This document shows, in pieces, positions 10,113 through 19,240 of a stretch of DNA of 64,000 nucleotides; position 1 is the first letter of the stretch; every line of letters starts with the position of its first letter. Source of the stretch: an uncultured Gemmatimonadaceae bacterium. GTDB lineage: Bacteria; Gemmatimonadota; Gemmatimonadetes; Gemmatimonadales; Gemmatimonadaceae. The notes under the pieces were generated by a model. The model was not told where the DNA came from. It did not search any database and was given only the letters and a program-made list of their open reading frames with translations. Where the stretch lies: NCBI GenBank assembly GCA_963843845.1, contig CAWJMB010000002.1:32001-96000 (forward strand), read 5' to 3'. The position numbers and the translations under genes were made by a program.

Positions 10113-11888
10113 ATGCGCGAGCGCGACACGACTGCCCCCCGCTTCAGCCGCGGCCACTTCCTCGGCCTCACCGCCGCCGGCGTCGCGGGGCTGCTCGCCC
10201 CGCCGTGGCTCGGCGGCCCGCGGCGACTGGACGCCGAGCAGCCGGGGCAACTCGCGCAGCCGCCGCGATCGGCGCGCGACGCCGCGCCCGACCTCGTCGT
10301 CGTCAACGCGAACGTCGTCACGGTCGATCCGGCGATGCCGCGCGCCGAGGCGTTCGCGGTGAGCGGCGGTCGGTTCGTCGCGGTCGGACGCAGCGCCGAC
10401 ATGCGGTCGCTCGCGGGGCGCCGCACGCAGATCTACGACGCGCGCCGCATGACGGTCGTTCCCGGCTTCATCGACTGCCACAACCACGCGGGCGGCACGA
10501 CGCTGCTCTACGAGGTGCTCGTCGGCAACCCGTTCGACGTCGAGTTCGTCACGATCGCGAGCATCGTCGAGAAGCTGCGCGCACGGGCGCGCGAGACGCC
10601 GGCGGGGACGTGGGTCGCCGGATATTTTCATGATGACACGAAGCTGACAGACAGACGGCTCCTGACGCGTCACGACCTCGACCTGGTGTCGACCGAGCAT
10701 CCGGTCGTCGTGCAGCACCGCGGCGGGCACACGTCGTTCTACAACTCGAAGGCGCTCGAGCTCGCGGGCGTCACGCGCGACACGCCGAACCCGGCCGGCG
10801 GCACGTTCGACCGCGACGCCACCGGCGACCTCACCGGGCGCGCGACCGACCTCGCGCGGAGCGCGTTCGCTCGCGTCGGCCGCCGCGCGACGTACACGCC
10901 CGAGCAGCAGGCGGAGCGCGAGCGCAACGGCGTCGCGCACATCTCGAAGCAGTTCGCGCGCTACGGCCTCACGAGCGTGCACCACCAGGGGGGCGACCTC
11001 GCCGCGCTGCAGGCGGTCCGCGCGCGCGGCGACCTGCTGCACCGCGTGAGCTACGAGATGAGCGGGCGCGTGCTCGAGTCGATGCTCGCGGCGGGCCTCG
11101 CGACCGGCTTCGGCGACGAGTGGATCCGACTCGGCGCGACCTCCGAGCACACGGTCGACGGGTCGTTCTCCGAGCGCACGATGGCGCTGAGCCGCCCGTA
11201 CCCGAACGTCACGCCGTCGTACTCGGGGAACGTCACCGAGTCGCAGGAGGAGCTGAACGCGTGGGTCGAGCGCGTGCACCGCGCCGGCATCCAGGTGAAC
11301 TGCCACGCGAACGGCGACGTCGCGATCGACATGTTCCTCACCGCCGCCGAGCGCGCGCAACAGGTGGCCCCTCGGCCGGATGCACGGCCGAAGATCACGC
11401 ACTGCACGCTCGTCACCGACGCCCTCGTGCGCCGCATGCGCGCGTTAGGCGCCGTCCCCGCGCTGTTCACGACGTACGCCTACTACAACACCGACAAGTT
11501 CGTGTTCTACGGCGAAGAGGTGATGACGCGCGCGATGGCGTTCCGCACGCTGCTCGACGCAGGGATCCGCGCCGCCGCCGGCTCCGACTTCTCGCCGGGC
11601 CCGTTCGCGCCGCTCATGGGCATCCAGGGGATGGTGACGCGCACCGGCTGGGACGGCGCGACGTGGGGCGCGAACCAGCGCATCACCGTCGCCGAGGCGC
11701 TCGAGGTGAACACGCTGAACGGCGCCTACGCGTCGCGCGAGGAGTCGCTCAAGGGCTCGATCACCGCCGGCAAGCTCGCCGACTTCGTCGTGCTCGCCGA
11801 GGATCTCCACGCGGTGACGCCGGACCGCATCAAGGACATCGCCGTCGTCCGCACCGTCGTCGGCGGTGCGACGGTCTACCAGGCGTGA
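10113..11888 (+). CDS. Amidohydrolase 3 family (YtcJ-like) metal-dependent hydrolase with Tat-like signal
   Basis: FSRGHFL signal, PGFIDCHNH, VDGSFSERT, CHANGD, KITHC, GSDF, GSITAGKLADFVVL. Confidence 0.88.
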   Translation: MRERDTTAPRFSRGHFLGLTAAGVAGLLAPPWLGGPRRLDAEQPGQLAQPPRSARDAAPDLVVVNANVVTVDPAMPRAEAFAVSGGRFVAVGRSADMRSLAGRRTQIYDARRMTVVPGFIDCHNHAGGTTLLYEVLVGNPFDVEFVTIASIVEKLRARARETPAGTWVAGYFHDDTKLTDRRLLTRHDLDLVSTEHPVVVQHRGGHTSFYNSKALELAGVTRDTPNPAGGTFDRDATGDLTGRATDLARSAFARVGRRATYTPEQQAERERNGVAHISKQFARYGLTSVHHQGGDLAALQAVRARGDLLHRVSYEMSGRVLESMLAAGLATGFGDEWIRLGATSEHTVDGSFSERTMALSRPYPNVTPSYSGNVTESQEELNAWVERVHRAGIQVNCHANGDVAIDMFLTAAERAQQVAPRPDARPKITHCTLVTDALVRRMRALGAVPALFTTYAYYNTDKFVFYGEEVMTRAMAFRTLLDAGIRAAAGSDFSPGPFAPLMGIQGMVTRTGWDGATWGANQRITVAEALEVNTLNGAYASREESLKGSITAGKLADFVVLAEDLHAVTPDRIKDIAVVRTVVGGATVYQA

Positions 11889-12355
11889 GCGTCGTTCGCG
11901 CGCGGCGCGCCGCCCCGCCGCCCGCGCGCAGCCGGTCGGGGGGGACGTCAGGCCGCGGCCTGGTCATCGGCCGCCTCTGCGTCCGCTCCGAAGAGCTCGC
12001 GCAGGAGGTTGCGGAACCCCACTGTGCGCACGTCGGCCGCCGGCCGGGTGCGGCGCGCCTCCACGATCGCGGCGTCGGCGCCGCGGAAGAACGCGGCGTA
12101 GCGCTGGTCCGTCCAGATCGGTGTCCTCATCATCCACCACGCGGTTGAGTTCGTTCGGGGCCGTAACACGCTCGTGGGCACACGCCACGACAAGCGCAAA
12201 CCACGCGCCCACACCGATACACGTTCGTGGCTATCCGGCGGGCTCGACAGGACGTACGTCACATCGCCGATCCCTTCGCGGGCCGCACGGCCCAGGCTGC
12301 CGGGCACTTCGCGTCGTCGCGGCGCGTTGAGCGCGCGACTGCTTCCAGGACACAC

Positions 12356-12805
12356 GTGCCGCACCTGACCCGTACGCTCGAGCTTCCCCTCCCCCGCGCC
12401 GTCGTCGCCGAGTTCTTCAGCGACGCGACGAACCTCGGCACGATCACGCCGCCCGAGCTGCACTTCCACATCCACACGCCGCAGCCGATCACGATGGCCG
12501 CGGGGACACTCATCGACTACACGATCCGGCTCTACGGCCTCCCGATGCGCTGGCGCACGCGCATCACCGAGTGGGACCCGCCGCACGGATTCGTCGACGA
12601 GCAGGTGCGCGGCCCGTACGCACGGTGGGTGCACACGCACCGCTTCCGCGACGTCCCCGGCGGCACCGTGATCGACGACGACGTCGACTACGCGCTCCCG
12701 CTCGCGCCGCTCGGCAACCTGGCGCTTCCGCTCGTCCGCCGGCAGATCGACCGCATCTTCGACTATCGTCAGCGGCGGGTCCAGGAGTTACTGCTCGGGC
12801 GGTAG
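12356..12805 (+). CDS. SRPBCC family protein
   Basis: [58 protein letters not shown] before GTG. Confidence 0.85.
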   Translation: MPHLTRTLELPLPRAVVAEFFSDATNLGTITPPELHFHIHTPQPITMAAGTLIDYTIRLYGLPMRWRTRITEWDPPHGFVDEQVRGPYARWVHTHRFRDVPGGTVIDDDVDYALPLAPLGNLALPLVRRQIDRIFDYRQRRVQELLLGR

Positions 12806-12812
12806 GGGAACG

Positions 12813-13565
12813 ATGACACGACCGGCGTCCGCATGTCCCGACTCATCGTCATCACCGGCGCGGGCGCGGCATCGGTGCCGCGGCGCGGCGATCGTGACCC
12901 TCGCGGGGTGCATCGCGCTCGCCGGCTGCGAGCGGCAGGGCGAGCTCGCGGTGCCGCAGCCGGGCGCGCCTGCGACCGGGAACGGCGCGACGACCGCGAC
13001 GACCGCGACGACCGCGACGGCCGCGACGGCCGCGACGGCCGACGCGCCGTCCGCCGCGCTCCGCTCCGCGACCGCAGGCGAGCGGCGCGCCGCGGAGGCG
13101 GTCCTCGCCGCGTATCTCGACGCCTCGCGCGACGGGTCGCCGGACGCACGCGCGGCTCCGGCCGCCCCGGGCGCACCCGCCGCGCGCGACACGCTCCTCG
13201 GCTGCGACGCGCACGACACGTTCGTGCTGCCGATCACGCTGTTGGGCAGCTACCGCGTGCTCCCGGCGAGCGGGGCCGGCGACACGCTGCTCGGCCGTGC
13301 GGTCGTGGTGACGGTGGCCGAACAGCGGGCGGACCGGCGCAACCCCTCGCGCTTTCTCGCACGCCAGCGGGTCGAGACCGACACGCTCGAGTGGGATCTC
13401 GTGCGACGCGAGGACGGCGCGGGGTGGGTGGTGTGCAACGGGATGCAGTTCGGCTTTCACGAGCCGGAGGAGGCGACGACGTGGTTCCCGCTGGGCGCGT
13501 CTCGCTCGACGGCGCGGCGGCTCGCCGATTCGCTGCATGCGCGCGGAGCGAGCGCACGGCGTTGA
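12813..13565 (+). CDS. Hypothetical lipoprotein
   Basis: Hydrophobic stretch ending in lipobox LAGC, Thr/Ala linker from 9-bp repeats; start uncertain. Confidence 0.6.
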   Translation: MTRPASACPDSSSSPARARHRCRGAAIVTLAGCIALAGCERQGELAVPQPGAPATGNGATTATTATTATAATAATADAPSAALRSATAGERRAAEAVLAAYLDASRDGSPDARAAPAAPGAPAARDTLLGCDAHDTFVLPITLLGSYRVLPASGAGDTLLGRAVVVTVAEQRADRRNPSRFLARQRVETDTLEWDLVRREDGAGWVVCNGMQFGFHEPEEATTWFPLGASRSTARRLADSLHARGASARR

Positions 13566-13575
13566 CGGCAGCGGT

Positions 13576-14358
13576 TCACAGGTACTTGAAGAACCGCTCG
13601 GGCGCCGCCAGGAATTCCCTCGTGAGCGTCACGTGCGGCAGCTCGTCGTACGCCACCTCGCGCACCGACCCCTCGTCGAACGAGTAGATCCGCGCTCCCG
13701 GATAGCCGAGCAGGATCGGCGAGTGCGTGGCGATGACGCACTGCCCGCCGCGGCGGACGGCGTCGTCGATCAGCGTCAGCAGCGCGAGCTGCCGTTGCGG
13801 CGAGAGCGGGGCCTCGGGCTCGTCGAGCAGATAGAGCCCGTCCTCCATGCGCGCGAGGAAGGTGTCGAGAAAGCTCTCGCCGTGCGAGCGCGCGTCATGG
13901 CGGCGCATCCAGCGCGCCGACGCCGCCTCCTCTCCGTGGAGGCCGGGGCGGTCGAAGCCGATCGCCTCGGCCTCCTCGCGCGTCAGCTCCGCGTCGTTCC
14001 GCGCCCTCCGCTTCAGGTAGCCGAAGAAGTCCTCGGCGCGCAGGTAGAATCCTTCGTGCGTGCGGCGCGACCAGGTGAGCGCGAGCGCGCGCGTGAGCTG
14101 TCGCGGGCCCTCGAGCGACGCGTCGTTCCACGCCTCGTCGCCGCCGAGCGCGAACAGCCCGGTGGAGATCGCGATCGCCTCGAGCAGCGTCGACTTCCCC
14201 GAGCCGTTCTCGCCGACGAAGAACACGACGCGCGCCCCGAGGTCGAGCGACTCGAGCGTGCGGATCGCGGGGACACTGAACGGATACGACGGCGGCAGGT
14301 GCGCGCCGCCGAACCCGGGCTTCCATCCGACGCGCAGGAGGTACGGAACGTACGACAT
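13576..14358 (-). CDS. ABC-type/AAA ATPase (predicted ATPase, COG3910-like)
   Basis: GENGSGKSTLLEA Walker A, SHGESF signature, YLLDEPEAPLSP Walker B, ATHSP. Confidence 0.88.
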   Translation of the reverse strand: MSYVPYLLRVGWKPGFGGAHLPPSYPFSVPAIRTLESLDLGARVVFFVGENGSGKSTLLEAIAISTGLFALGGDEAWNDASLEGPRQLTRALALTWSRRTHEGFYLRAEDFFGYLKRRARNDAELTREEAEAIGFDRPGLHGEEAASARWMRRHDARSHGESFLDTFLARMEDGLYLLDEPEAPLSPQRQLALLTLIDDAVRRGGQCVIATHSPILLGYPGARIYSFDEGSVREVAYDELPHVTLTREFLAAPERFFKYL

Positions 14359-14403
14359 GCCGGAATCTACGCCGCCTAACGGCGAGCTCACGAGTGACTA
14401 ACG

Positions 14404-14431
14404 TTGCGTATTCGGAACAATTGCATACCTT
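14404..14431 (+). promoter_or_regulatory. Possible sigma70-type promoter
   Basis: TTGCGT-N16-TACCTT in an AT-rich patch upstream of the 14477 gene. Confidence 0.3.
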
Positions 14432-14476
14432 TTCCGTCGAGGAAGCGACGCAGCGCCCCACACCCGGAGACCAACC

Positions 14477-14875
14477 ATGCCCACGTCCGAACGCTACGCC
14501 CGCTACCGCGCCGACCAGACGACGGTCTGGGTCAGCCGAACGGCCGCCGATTTCCTGAAGCGCGAGCGCAGCTCGCCAGGTGAAGGGACGGCAGGAGTGC
14601 TCGACCGCATGATCAACGAGTACAAGAAGATGCGCCGCGCGAGCGGCGGTTCGGCGCCGGCCGGCGCGACGAAGAGCGCGGCGAAGACCCCGGCGACGAA
14701 GAGCGCGGCGAAGGCGCCCTCGACGAAGAGCGCGGCGACGAAGAGCGCGGCGACGAAGACTGCGGCGACGAAGGCGCCGGCGACGAAGGGCGCGGGCGCC
14801 GGCACGCGCGGCTCGCGGAGCACCGCGCGCGGCGGGGCCGCGGGGAGCACCCGCGCCGCGAAGGGCGCACGCTGA
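14477..14875 (+). CDS. Small basic protein: RHH-like N-terminus plus histone H1-like K/A/T/S tail
   Basis: GGAG RBS; TTVWVSRTAADFLKRER...VLDRMINEY then (ATKSA/ATKAP) repeats. Confidence 0.7.
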   Translation: MPTSERYARYRADQTTVWVSRTAADFLKRERSSPGEGTAGVLDRMINEYKKMRRASGGSAPAGATKSAAKTPATKSAAKAPSTKSAATKSAATKTAATKAPATKGAGAGTRGSRSTARGGAAGSTRAAKGAR

Positions 14876-14890
14876 GTCGTTGAGCGTCTG

Positions 14891-16396
14891 CTGAACACTC
14901 CCCCGAGCGCCGCGGCGAGCGACCTTCGCGCCGCAGCGCTTCGTGCGCTCGCCGCACGCGGCTTCCCGACCGCGCCGAGCGACGCGGCGGCGCGCGAGCT
15001 GGCGGCCGTCGAGCGCGGCGCGGCAGTCGCCGACGCCTCGGACGGCGCGCCTAACGACGACGACGTGCGCGACCTGCGCGCGCTGCTCTGGTCGTCGATC
15101 GACAACGTCGAGTCGCGCGACCTCGACCAGCTCGAGTGGGCGGAACGCGTCGACGACGACGCGATCCGCCTCCGCATCGCGATCGCCGACGTCGACGCGA
15201 TCGTTCCCGGCGCGTCGGCGCTCGACGCCGACGCGGCCCGGCGCGCGACGTCCGTCTACGCCGGGCCGTTCGTCTTTCCGATGCTCCCGGACGCGATCTC
15301 CGCCGGCGCGACGTCGCTGCTCCCCGACGCCGACCGGCTCGCCGTCGTCGTCGAGCTGCTCGTCACGGCCGACGGCGTCGTGGCGCGCCACGACGCGTTC
15401 CGCGCCCGCGTGCGGAACCGCGCGAAGCTCGCGTACGAGCGTGTCGGCGCGTGGCTCGAGGGTGGCGCCCTCCCGGAAGAGATCGCGCAGGTCGACGGCC
15501 TGCGAGCGCAGCTCGAGATCCAGGCCGAGGCGGCTCGCCGGCTGAAGGCGGAGCGGCAGCGGGCGGGCGCGCTCGAGTTCGAGACGATCGAGGCGCGCGC
15601 CGTCACGCGCGACGGCGCCGTCGTCGACCTCGCGATCGTGCACAAGAGCCGCGCGCGCGAACTGATCGAGGACTTCATGATCGCCGCGAACATCGCGATC
15701 GCGCGCATCCTCGAGGCGCGCGGCTCGTCCGGCATCCGCCGCGTCGTGCGCGAGCCGGAGCGGTGGCACCGCATCGTCGCCATCGCGCACGAGTACGGCG
15801 ACGCGCTCCCCGACGCGCCGGACTCGCGCTCGCTCGCCGCCTTCCTCGCGCGCCGCCGCGCGGCCGACCCCGACGGCTTTCCCGATCTTTCCACTTCGAT
15901 CGTGAAGCTGCTGGGCCCCGGCGAGTACGCGCTCATGCGGCCGGCGGGCACCCGACCCGGCCACGATCCCGGCGGCCACTTCGGGCTGGCGGCACAGGAT
16001 TACACCCACGCCACCGCGCCCAACCGCCGCTACGCCGACCTCGTGACGCAGCGGCTCGTGAAGGCGTCGCTCGCCGGCGCGCCGGCGCCCTACGACGACG
16101 ACGCCCTCGCGCGCATCGCCGCACACTGCACCGAGCGCGAGGACGCCGCGCGCGCCGTCGAGCGCGTCGTGCGGAAGACGGCCGCCGCGGCGCTGCTCGC
16201 GCCGCGGATCGGCGAGACGTTCGACGCCGTCGTCACCGGCGCCGCGGCGAAGGGAACGTTCGTCCGCCTGCTGCATCCGCCGGCGGAGGGACGTGTCGTC
16301 GAGGGCGCGGCGGGGATGGACGTCGGCGAGCGGGTGCGCGTGCGCCTGTCGAGCGTCGACGCCGAGCGCGGGTTCATCGACTTCGCGGGTGCCTAA
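14891..16396 (+). CDS. RNB-domain ribonuclease (RNase II/R family) with C-terminal S1-like domain
   Basis: SIDNVESRDLDQ, AIADV, LIEDFMI, HFGLA..YTHATAPNRRYADL; frame stays open upstream of 15065 to a CTG near 14891. Confidence 0.88.
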   Translation: MNTPPSAAASDLRAAALRALAARGFPTAPSDAAARELAAVERGAAVADASDGAPNDDDVRDLRALLWSSIDNVESRDLDQLEWAERVDDDAIRLRIAIADVDAIVPGASALDADAARRATSVYAGPFVFPMLPDAISAGATSLLPDADRLAVVVELLVTADGVVARHDAFRARVRNRAKLAYERVGAWLEGGALPEEIAQVDGLRAQLEIQAEAARRLKAERQRAGALEFETIEARAVTRDGAVVDLAIVHKSRARELIEDFMIAANIAIARILEARGSSGIRRVVREPERWHRIVAIAHEYGDALPDAPDSRSLAAFLARRRAADPDGFPDLSTSIVKLLGPGEYALMRPAGTRPGHDPGGHFGLAAQDYTHATAPNRRYADLVTQRLVKASLAGAPAPYDDDALARIAAHCTEREDAARAVERVVRKTAAAALLAPRIGETFDAVVTGAAAKGTFVRLLHPPAEGRVVEGAAGMDVGERVRVRLSSVDAERGFIDFAGA

Positions 16397-16531
16397 CGGC
16401 GTGGTGCCGTGAGCGCCGGGCACCTCTCGACCCTCGGCTGAACGTCCACCCCGCCGAGAGATCACAGTCTCGAGCCGGGACGCTCCGAGCTAGTCTCGGA
16501 TCGAACGGGCGCGTGATGATCGAACTGTGCC

Positions 16532-17350
16532 CTACAGCGAGAGCCGCTCCCGCCACCGCGTCGCCGTCGCATCGTCGACGGTCGGCGGGCGGAGGTCGAG
16601 TCGCTCCAGCGCACGCACGAGCGTGTCGGCCACCAGGTAGTCGCGCGCCCGTTTGTCGTCGGCCGGCACGACGTACCACGGCGCCCACGCCGTGCTGCAC
16701 CGCGCGAGTGCGTCCTGATACGCCGCCGTGTAGCCGTCCCAGAGCGCGCGGTCGTCGAGGTCGCTCTCGCGGAATTTCCACTGCTTCTCCGGGTCGTCGA
16801 CGCGCGCGAGGAAGCGGCGCCGCTGCTCGGCCTGCGAGACGTGCACGTGGAGCTTCACGATCGTCGTCGCCGCATCGCTCAACAGCTGCTCGAAGGCGTT
16901 GATCTGCGCGTAGCGCCGCTCCCACGCGTCGCGCGGCACGAGGGCGCGGACGCGGGCGATCAGCACGTCTTCGTAATGCGAGCGGTTGAACACGGCGACC
17001 GTGCCGCGCGCCGGCGCCGCGGCGTGTGCGCGCCACAGAAAGTCGTGCCGCGCCTCGAGCGGCGTCGGCGTCTCGAAGCGCGCGACCGTGAGCGCTTGCG
17101 GGTCGAGCGCGGCGCAGACGCGTCGGATCGCGCCGTCCTTCCCCGACGCGTCGCGCCCCTGCACGACGACGAGCAGTGCGCGGCGTCCGTCGGCGCGCAG
17201 CAGCGCGTGCAGCGCGCCGAGGCGGTCGAGGCGCGCGTCGGTCGCCGCGTCGAGCGCGGCGCCGGTCGGCACCCACGCCGGCCGCGCCGAGTCGTCGTCG
17301 GCGAGCGCCGGACGCACGCCGAGCGCGATCGGGCGGAGGTGCTTGGTCAT
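16532..17350 (-). CDS. ppk2: Polyphosphate kinase 2 family (polyphosphate:nucleotide phosphotransferase)
   Basis: QGRDASGKDG Walker A, HDFLWR, FNRSHYEDVL, KQWKF, APWYVVPADDK. Confidence 0.9.
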   Translation of the reverse strand: MTKHLRPIALGVRPALADDDSARPAWVPTGAALDAATDARLDRLGALHALLRADGRRALLVVVQGRDASGKDGAIRRVCAALDPQALTVARFETPTPLEARHDFLWRAHAAAPARGTVAVFNRSHYEDVLIARVRALVPRDAWERRYAQINAFEQLLSDAATTIVKLHVHVSQAEQRRRFLARVDDPEKQWKFRESDLDDRALWDGYTAAYQDALARCSTAWAPWYVVPADDKRARDYLVADTLVRALERLDLRPPTVDDATATRWRERLSL

Positions 17351-17404
17351 GAGCGCAGGAGAGGTTTCCTTACCGCGAGGACGTCCGACACGCTGCCTCA
17401 CACG

Positions 17405-17866
17405 ATGCCGCCGACCCCGCACTTCACCTACGTGCTCGCGCTGCTGTTCACCGAGGACCGGCGGCGCGTCGTGCTCATGCACAAGACACGCCCCGCGTGG
17501 CAGGCCGGCCGCGTCAACGCGTTGGGCGGCAAGCTGCTCGCCGGCGAGAGTGCCGCCGACGCCGCCCGGCGCGAGGTGCGCGAGGAGGCGGGGGTCGACG
17601 TCGCCGAGTGGGAGGAGTTCCTCGTCTGGGACGACCCGGTCTACCGGCTCCACGCCGTGCGCGCGTTCGACGACGCCGCCTGGCGCGCGCGGACGGCCGA
17701 GGACCAGCTGGTGTTTCTCGCCGACGCCGACGCGCTCCCCGGGAACGTGATCGACAACCTGCGGTGGCTCGTGCCGCTCGCGCTCGACCGCGACGTGGGA
17801 GGGCCGGTGCACGTGCGCAGTGCGGCGGCGGCGGGATCGGGGCTCACCGAGCCGCCTCCCGCCTGA
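17405..17866 (+). CDS. NUDIX hydrolase
   Basis: GGKLLAGESAADAARREVREEAGV NUDIX box. Confidence 0.88.
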   Translation: MPPTPHFTYVLALLFTEDRRRVVLMHKTRPAWQAGRVNALGGKLLAGESAADAARREVREEAGVDVAEWEEFLVWDDPVYRLHAVRAFDDAAWRARTAEDQLVFLADADALPGNVIDNLRWLVPLALDRDVGGPVHVRSAAAAGSGLTEPPPA

Positions 17867-17897
17867 CGCGGCTACCGCGAGATCAGTCGCCCCGCGC

Positions 17898-18367
17898 TCA
17901 CGCTCCGTCTCCGCCGTGCGGCGACTGCGCGGCGCCGTCGTAGTACGCCTCGATGCACCATCGCACGACCGCCGCCGTCAGCTCGCGCTCGGCCGCCGGG
18001 TCCACGCGCGGCGGCAGCCCCTCGCGCAGCAGCGCTTTGATGAGGACCACGACCGTCTGCGGCGGCAACTGCTCGCGGCGAAGACCGACGACGTACGCGG
18101 TCACCGACGCGCGCAGCTGTGGGCGGAGCGCGATGTCCGTCGGGTGCGGCGCGTCCGGCCGATCGCCCTGCCGACGGGCCGCGACGTCGCGCGTCTGACG
18201 AAGCATGCGGAGCACGTGTGCGCGCGATCCGAGCGGCGGGGCGGGCGGGGCGGGCGGGGCGGGCGGGGCGGGCGGGCGGGCGGGGCGGGGCGGGCGGGGC
18301 GGGCGGGGCGGGCGGGGCGGGCGGGGGGCAGCGTATCGTCCGGCGGGTGCGCGTGGAAGAAGCGCAT
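17898..18367 (-). CDS. Hypothetical protein; N-terminus out of frame across a G/C-rich repeat
   Basis: ORF 17898-18215 (…LPPQTVVVLIK…VVRWCIEAYY); candidate ATG at 18367 is in a different frame. Confidence 0.5.
18236..18329. repeat. Pure G/C tandem repeat, mainly (GGGCGGGGC)n
   Basis: About 90 nt of G3-G4 runs separated by single C. Confidence 0.9.
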
Positions 18368-18544
18368 GGTGGTGGCGGGCAGGTACGTCGGCAGGGCTCG
18401 TGACGTGTGGTCCGATTCAATGAATCCGCGCCACGTCGGTCGCTCCATCAGCAGTCACCGACAGTCGACGCGGGAAGTCGCCGAGGCCATCGGGGAACTC
18501 CCCGAGGTGCGGCGTACGCCGCCGCGCGCACTGCCGCGCTCGGC

Positions 18545-19240
18545 TCAGCGCCCCTCCAGCCACCCCGCTTCGAGCGCGAACCGCACGAGCGCCGCGCGGC
18601 TCGACAGCCCGAGCTTTCCCATCGCGTTCGTCTTGTGCGTCTCGACGGTCTTCACGCTGATCTCGAGCGTCGCCCCGATCTCCTTGTTGGTGTGGCCGTG
18701 TGCGACGAGTCGCATCACCTCCTGTTCGCGCGCCGTGAGCGCATCCGCTCGCGGGCCGAGCGCGCCGCGCGTCGGCGTGTGCGAGCGGTCGGTGAGCAGC
18801 GTGCCGGCGAGCGACGGGTCGACGTACGTGCCTCCGCTCGCGACGGCGCGGATCGCGCGCACCAGCTCTGCCGCCGCCGTGCGCTTGAGCACGTAGCCCG
18901 ACGCGCCGGCACGCAGCAGCCGCGCGACGTAGCCGCGCTCCTCGTGCATCGTCAGCGCGAGGACCTGCACGGCGGGGCAGTCCTTGCGGATGCGCTCCGC
19001 CGCCTCGACCCCGCCGACGACGGGCATCGACAGGTCGAGCAGCACGACGTCGGGCTTCAGCTCGCAGGCGCGCTGCCACGCCTCGTGCCCGTCGGCCGCC
19101 TCGCCGACGACGGCGATCCCCGGCTGCGCCTCGACGAGCGCACGCAGCCCTTCGCGCACGATGGCGTGGTCGTCGGCGATGAGCACGCGGACGGTCTTGA
19201 GCGGGTGCTGCGGTGTCGGCCGCGACGTGGTCGCATTCAT
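18545..19240 (-). CDS. NarL/LuxR-family response regulator
   Basis: VLIADDH, DVVLLDLSMP, GYVLK, LTAREQEV...TNKEIG...ISVKTVETH. Confidence 0.93.
   Translation of the reverse strand: MNATTSRPTPQHPLKTVRVLIADDHAIVREGLRALVEAQPGIAVVGEAADGHEAWQRACELKPDVVLLDLSMPVVGGVEAAERIRKDCPAVQVLALTMHEERGYVARLLRAGASGYVLKRTAAAELVRAIRAVASGGTYVDPSLAGTLLTDRSHTPTRGALGPRADALTAREQEVMRLVAHGHTNKEIGATLEISVKTVETHKTNAMGKLGLSSRAALVRFALEAGWLEGR

Noticed and set aside
11948..12132. Possible 60-aa small protein on the minus strand
   Set aside because: No motif or clear RBS; cannot be supported without homologs
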